Positions 59,376 through 64,000 of a stretch of 64,000 nucleotides of DNA are shown piece after piece. The notes under the pieces are model-generated. The model saw only the letters and a program-made list of their open reading frames with translations, was not told where the DNA came from and did not search any database. Position numbers and translations under genes: made by a program. The stretch lies in IMG/VR virus record IMGVR_UViG_3300031951_021456, positions 124,001-188,000 of that record; one strand, written 5' to 3'. The number at the start of each line of letters is the position of its first letter. The first letter of the stretch is position 1.

Positions 59376-61137
59376 AAGTATTTTTAACTTTCAGTTCTTT
59401 AAGTTGGGATTCATCTACTGTTGATGGAGCATTTATAAGTAAACATCTAGATTGCTGAGTTTTTGGAAATGCAATGACATCTCTTATAGATTCTTCTTCA
59501 GCTAAAAGCATCACCATTCTATCAAGCCCAAATGCTATTCCTCCATGTGGTGGAGTCCCCATATCCAAAGCATCTAAAAGAAATCCGAATTGTTGTTCAA
59601 TTTCTTCCTCAGTAAGACCAATAAATTCAAAAACTCTTCTTTGTAAATTTGAATCATGTATTCTTAAAGAACCTCCACCAAGCTCAATACCATTCAATAC
59701 TAAATCATATGCTTTTGCAATAGACTCAGAATTAATAGAACTTTCATCCGAAATGCCACAGAAAGGATGATGTAAAGCTTTTAAATGACCATTAGTTTCA
59801 TCTTGTTCAAACATTGGAAAATCTATAACCCATAAAAATCTTGGTTCGTTTTCAGGACTTATGAGATTAAGTTCTCTTGCCAAATATTGACGAAGCTGTC
59901 CTAAAGATTTATTTACAACATTTAAAGTTCCTGCTGCAAATAGAATTAATGTTCCTGGTGCTGCTTCAGTTCTTTTTAACAACTCAAGTTTAATCTCATC
60001 AGATAAGTTATCTTTAATTGCCCCAATTGTGTCAACCTCTCCATTGTCTCTTACTCTAATAAAGGCAAGACCAGAACCACCAGAGGATTGAACTTCACTA
60101 AAAATATCACCTCCAGGTTTAATTCTTACATTGCTGATTAAATTATTACCATTGGGAATGGATATACATTTTACAACTCCACCATTTTGAATTGCACTAG
60201 AGAAAATTTTAAATCCAAAATCAACAAATAAATCGCTCATGTTGATTAGTTTTAAATCATATCTAAGATCAGGCTTATCCGAACCATACTGATCCATAGC
60301 TTCATTCCAAGTCATTCTCTGAAATGGTAAGTCTAATTTAATTCCTTTAATAGAAAGCCAAATTTGTTGAATAAGCCTTTCATTTAATTCAAGAATTTCA
60401 TCTTGAGTCATGAAGCTCATTTCCATATCTAATTGAGTAAATTCTGGCTGCCTATCAGAACGAGGATCTTCATCTCTGAAACATTTAGCGATCTGATAAT
60501 ATTTCTCAAATCCACCAGTCATCAGTAATTGTTTAAAGATTTGAGGTGATTGTGGTAACCCAAACCACTCTCCTTCATGCATTCTACTAGGAACCAAATA
60601 GTCTCTAGCACCTCCTTTTGTAGAGCGAATAAGAATTGGAGTTTCAATCTCAATAAAACCTACATTTTCAAGAAAATTGCGAATAGTCTTTGCAGTTTCA
60701 TGGCGAATAAGAAGATTTCGGGTCATGTTCTCTCGCCTTAAGTCAAGATACCGATGTTTCAATCTTATCTCATCTCTTACAATTTCTTGACCAGAAACTG
60801 AAAAAGGAAGAATTGATTTTATAGAATTTAGAACAACAATATCTTGAATATCTATTTCAATTTTTCCGGTATATATCTTCTCATTAACTGATTCTTGGGG
60901 TCTTTCTTTTACGACCCCACAAACTTGAATGACCGTTTCTTCTTTTAGTTGTTCAGCAATTGAAAATAAGTTTTCTCCAATTTCAGGGCTAACTGTTAGT
61001 TGAACAATTCCAGAACGATCCCTAAGATCAATGAATATAAAACCACCATGATCTCTTCGGCTATGAACCCACCCACAAAGTTTAACCTTTTGGTTAATTT
61101 CTTCAGAACATAATTGACCGCAATGATGACTTCTCAT
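59374..61137 (-). CDS. aspS: Aspartyl-tRNA synthetase, bacterial type with GAD insertion (587 aa)
   Basis: MRSHHCG...[24 protein letters not shown]-fold; motif 1 [10 protein letters not shown]; [10 protein letters not shown]; [13 protein letters not shown]; motif 2 [18 protein letters not shown]; HHPF; GGGSLRIH; motif 3 [10 protein letters not shown]. Confidence 0.96.
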   Translation of the reverse strand: MRSHHCGQLCSEEINQKVKLCGWVHSRRDHGGFIFIDLRDRSGIVQLTVSPEIGENLFSIAEQLKEETVIQVCGVVKERPQESVNEKIYTGKIEIDIQDIVVLNSIKSILPFSVSGQEIVRDEIRLKHRYLDLRRENMTRNLLIRHETAKTIRNFLENVGFIEIETPILIRSTKGGARDYLVPSRMHEGEWFGLPQSPQIFKQLLMTGGFEKYYQIAKCFRDEDPRSDRQPEFTQLDMEMSFMTQDEILELNERLIQQIWLSIKGIKLDLPFQRMTWNEAMDQYGSDKPDLRYDLKLINMSDLFVDFGFKIFSSAIQNGGVVKCISIPNGNNLISNVRIKPGGDIFSEVQSSGGSGLAFIRVRDNGEVDTIGAIKDNLSDEIKLELLKRTEAAPGTLILFAAGTLNVVNKSLGQLRQYLARELNLISPENEPRFLWVIDFPMFEQDETNGHLKALHHPFCGISDESSINSESIAKAYDLVLNGIELGGGSLRIHDSNLQRRVFEFIGLTEEEIEQQFGFLLDALDMGTPPHGGIAFGLDRMVMLLAEEESIRDVIAFPKTQQSRCLLINAPSTVDESQLKELKVKNT

Positions 61138-61231
61138 TTGATTTTTGTTTGTTAATTCCACTAAAGTATATTTAAATGAAATTTTTTCTACTGGTAGAAG
61201 TGGTTGAATATTAATATCAACTAATAAGTTT

Positions 61232-61963
61232 TTATCCATTTTTTCTACAACTTTGAATTTCATTGATAAATTTGTTAATAGCTAACTCAGCCCAATTTTC
61301 TGCACATGTTCTTATCATTCCAATAATAGAATTATTATCCTCATGATATGTTATACTATAGCACCTATCCTGCTCACCCCATTTTACTCTATGTGGAACA
61401 CCATCTTCACACTCAACTTCAAATCTTATTGATTCTACCATTTTATTAAATCTCTCATAAGTCCAGGTTGAAAGACTTTTGGTAACCTTTAAATCATAAT
61501 AGTTATCTTCGTATCCATAAACGCCGGGAATAAAAACTCTCTCATTTACTACTTCTAGTGTTTCGTTTTTATATTTACTTTTCCCATAAATCGTCTCAGC
61601 AAGAGATTTATATAAATGAAACCATCCAGATTCATGGAGATATGTTCCTAAATCAAAAGAAAAAATATAATCTTTACCTAAAATGTGATCATTATCGGGA
61701 TAAATACTAATACTAAATCGTCTCCCATCATATTTGTGTTCATCATCTAGTAATAGAAGTTTTCCCCACCACTTAGTCTTAAATAAAAATAGTAGATCTA
61801 AAGAAACATAAAACTTAAATAAAAACGGTAAACAAATGTTGAATGTTATAGTTTTTTCATTGTCATTTTCTAGAATAAGGTTAAGTGCAAACTCATCCTT
61901 TGCTCTATAAACTTCAAAATTAATTGAGTTTCTGTAGTTATTAGAATAAAATGTTTTTCTCAT
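61232..61963 (-). CDS. Hypothetical protein
   Basis: ORF track, 243 aa, aromatic-rich. Confidence 0.6.
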   Translation of the reverse strand: MRKTFYSNNYRNSINFEVYRAKDEFALNLILENDNEKTITFNICLPFLFKFYVSLDLLFLFKTKWWGKLLLLDDEHKYDGRRFSISIYPDNDHILGKDYIFSFDLGTYLHESGWFHLYKSLAETIYGKSKYKNETLEVVNERVFIPGVYGYEDNYYDLKVTKSLSTWTYERFNKMVESIRFEVECEDGVPHRVKWGEQDRCYSITYHEDNNSIIGMIRTCAENWAELAINKFINEIQSCRKNG

Positions 61964-61999
61964 GAAGATTTTTTGTTGGGTGGGTTATGGTATATAGAA

Positions 62000-62515
62000 T
62001 CAAACAGTGTGATAGATTTGCTGCTTATATTTTCTTAAATTCATAACAACACCTTTAGCCTCTTCAAATGTTTTAATTCTTGGTGTAATTCCAGCCACCA
62101 ATCCCTTTGTCATAGCGTTGACTATTGAAAAATAAACTTGTAGGTCTTGAGTATTATACCATTCATGAATAAGATAATCATCACTTTCATTAACAACATC
62201 AGCTTCTTCGGATTTTTCCCACCATCCTGTCCATTCCATACTATAATTTTCTGGATGTATTTTAGCATTAGCAAGAAAAATTCTTAGAGCTTCTTCTGTT
62301 TCCCTATGTAACTTTAAATAGTTTTTTTCCTCTTCTTCAGTCAATTCTGAATCTTCACCAGTTAAAAGTTCATGAATATCTCCAGGAACATATGAGTTAC
62401 CATAAGGTCTTTTTGGATCAATTTCTGGAGCACCAGTTTCACAGTTATTCCATCTAACATACATATTCCTCAGAAGAGTAATATGCTGCTCAGTTAATTT
62501 AAATTGATTTGTCAT
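62000..62515 (-). CDS. Hypothetical protein
   Basis: LTEQHITLLR...GAPEIDPKRPYGNS motif. Confidence 0.65.
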   Translation of the reverse strand: MTNQFKLTEQHITLLRNMYVRWNNCETGAPEIDPKRPYGNSYVPGDIHELLTGEDSELTEEEEKNYLKLHRETEEALRIFLANAKIHPENYSMEWTGWWEKSEEADVVNESDDYLIHEWYNTQDLQVYFSIVNAMTKGLVAGITPRIKTFEEAKGVVMNLRKYKQQIYHTV

Positions 62516-62896
62516 AATAATTTTAATAGTTTGCTTTTTGGAAAGTTTGGTTTTGGAATAGGAATATCAAATTTTCTGCATATATTATAGTAGGTTTGTT
62601 GAGTTATTATGTCAGTTTTTAACTCTTCTTGAGATGCAATTTCAAGATAATAATCATAATAAATATCAATAAAATCTTTACTTGGCTGAATGTCATTAAA
62701 TGATTTCATGGATAATTCTAAGCTTTTAGAGCATCATTTTGTTCTTTCTCTTTATCTTCCCATGGATCAGGACGATAATGTTGAGTAAGCTTTAAATCTT
62801 CTCCAATGATTCCGGCGTCTTGTAGAAATTTTCTACATTTTTCTGGAGTGTTATGTATTTTTAAAAACTCATCAATGTCAGTTCGGGTTAATTTAT

Positions 62897-63265
62897 TCAT
62901 TCTATCTCTGATAAAGAAAGTTGTCCGTTATTTTCTTCAATTTTTTTAATTCTCAACTCTTCAAGTTTCTCATCAGAAATAAAAGTTTTAAATTCGTCAA
63001 ACTCATAATAATCAAAGCAACCATGTTTATCTTGAGCAATAAACTGCATATCAGGTTTTTGTTTAATTTCATTTAGATTTAAAATAGAAATTTCCTTTGC
63101 TGTTATTTCCATTCTACTATATAAATCGTCATATGATTCTAAATTCACAATTCGTTCTGTAGCTTTTTTAGCATCTTCTACCGAATCGGCTAAAACTAGA
63201 ATATCTGCATCAGTATGCCAAGATTGTTCTACATATATTGAAAATAATTTTAATTCATTCATCAT
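62897..63265 (-). CDS. Hypothetical protein
   Basis: ORF track; VLADSVEDAKK. Confidence 0.55.
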   Translation of the reverse strand: MMNELKLFSIYVEQSWHTDADILVLADSVEDAKKATERIVNLESYDDLYSRMEITAKEISILNLNEIKQKPDMQFIAQDKHGCFDYYEFDEFKTFISDEKLEELRIKKIEENNGQLSLSEIE

Positions 63266-63313
63266 TTTTATTCTTCTCTGTTAAATATTGGCCAAGATTA
63301 TATAAAATAAAGT

Positions 63314-63658
63314 TCATGCTTTTTTAATTAGTGTGTTTAAGAATTTTCCAAATTCGTTGTTTAATGCACTTCCAATATAGAATTGTAGAAGCCTTTCTCC
63401 ATAATTTTCCAAAGTTGAAAGTTCATCATAATGTGATTTAAAAACTGGCTTCCATTCCATCTGATGTCTATGTAGACACTCTTTGTTGACAATAATTTTA
63501 AATTCTATGATAGGAATGAGATCAACCGAAATTCTTTCAGATTGTTGAAATACTATGGACTTTTCATCCTCAAACATATTATATGTTGGAATAGTAACTC
63601 CATTCTGCTTGAGTGTTTCTTCTTGATCTTTATCAAGTTTAAAGGTGCTGTATAACAT
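63314..63658 (-). CDS. Hypothetical protein
   Basis: ORF track. Confidence 0.55.
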   Translation of the reverse strand: MLYSTFKLDKDQEETLKQNGVTIPTYNMFEDEKSIVFQQSERISVDLIPIIEFKIIVNKECLHRHQMEWKPVFKSHYDELSTLENYGERLLQFYIGSALNNEFGKFLNTLIKKA

Positions 63659-63661
63659 TGA

Positions 63662-64000
63662 TCAATTAGGGATTTTAATAAGATCTTCTCTGAGACATGT
63701 AAGAACTTGACCAAGCCAATTGGTTCCTCTCCAGTTTTTAGGGTCTTGAATGCCTACTGCACCTTCAGCCATTCCAATTCCCCAAACAGTATCGGTTGGA
63801 GATGCCTCAACCAAATAATGATCTACAGTGTTCATAAGATATTCAAAGGCATTTTTATCTTGAGTGAACTTATAAAAACAACCTTCATAGACAATTTGAC
63901 GAGCATGTGTTCGCCAAACTTGCAAATCAAAATTTTTCAATGTTCTCCCTAGTTCTTTTTGTTGTCTTGGATGTTTCTGTCTCATAATAGTTTGAGCACT
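63662..64000 (-). CDS. NADAR (YbiA/DUF1768) family ADP-ribosyl hydrolase, 5' part outside window
   Basis: QKELGR...KFTQ...LVEASPTDTVWGIG...WRGTNWLGQVL; frame is open to the window edge (SAQTIMRQKH). Confidence 0.88.
   Translation of the reverse strand, partial: SAQTIMRQKHPRQQKELGRTLKNFDLQVWRTHARQIVYEGCFYKFTQDKNAFEYLMNTVDHYLVEASPTDTVWGIGMAEGAVGIQDPKNWRGTNWLGQVLTCLREDLIKIPN

Larger units (their letters stand above)
50891..63985 (-). other. Dense minus-strand array of small early-type accessory genes
   Basis: About 35 co-oriented short ORFs with frequent ATGA or short overlaps; mostly no recognisable function. Confidence 0.85.

Noticed and set aside
61138-61263. N-terminal extension of AspRS in the ORF track (629 aa)
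   Set aside because: AspRS-like sequence begins at MRSHHCG (61137); the extension overlaps the upstream gene and has no AspRS features.

Overview
AT-rich T4-like myovirus DNA, most likely a cyanomyovirus (T4-type gene order, ATAAATA late-promoter boxes, cyanobacterial-type AspRS). 4.1-48.9 kb is the virion and morphogenesis module on the + strand: baseplate gp25, gp6, a 3703-aa gp7-like protein and gp8, a split VrlC-like protein, neck gp13/gp14, gp15, terminases gp16/gp17, sheath, tube, portal, a GC-mosaic tail-fibre cassette, gp21, gp22 and gp23. 0.1-4 kb holds a glycosyltransferase-like gene and paralogous putative internal head proteins. 48.9-64 kb holds a GIY-YIG/NUMOD3 endonuclease, an amber-interrupted C5 DNA methyltransferase and a dense minus-strand array of small genes that includes a complete aspartyl-tRNA synthetase, a three-gene paralog array and a NADAR gene cut by the window end. 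Top observations: (1) phage-encoded AspRS; (2) a 22-23 bp imperfect dyad 28-30 nt upstream of a -10 hexamer at four minus-strand promoters; (3) a Pro1/WCT class 3 LAGLIDADG intein in the terminase Walker A; (4) a tail-fibre gene that turns high-GC directly after a 3x27 bp repeat, followed by stacked gene-tail remnants. No tRNA, rRNA or CRISPR array was recognised. Family assignments are from motif recognition by eye; no database searches were run.
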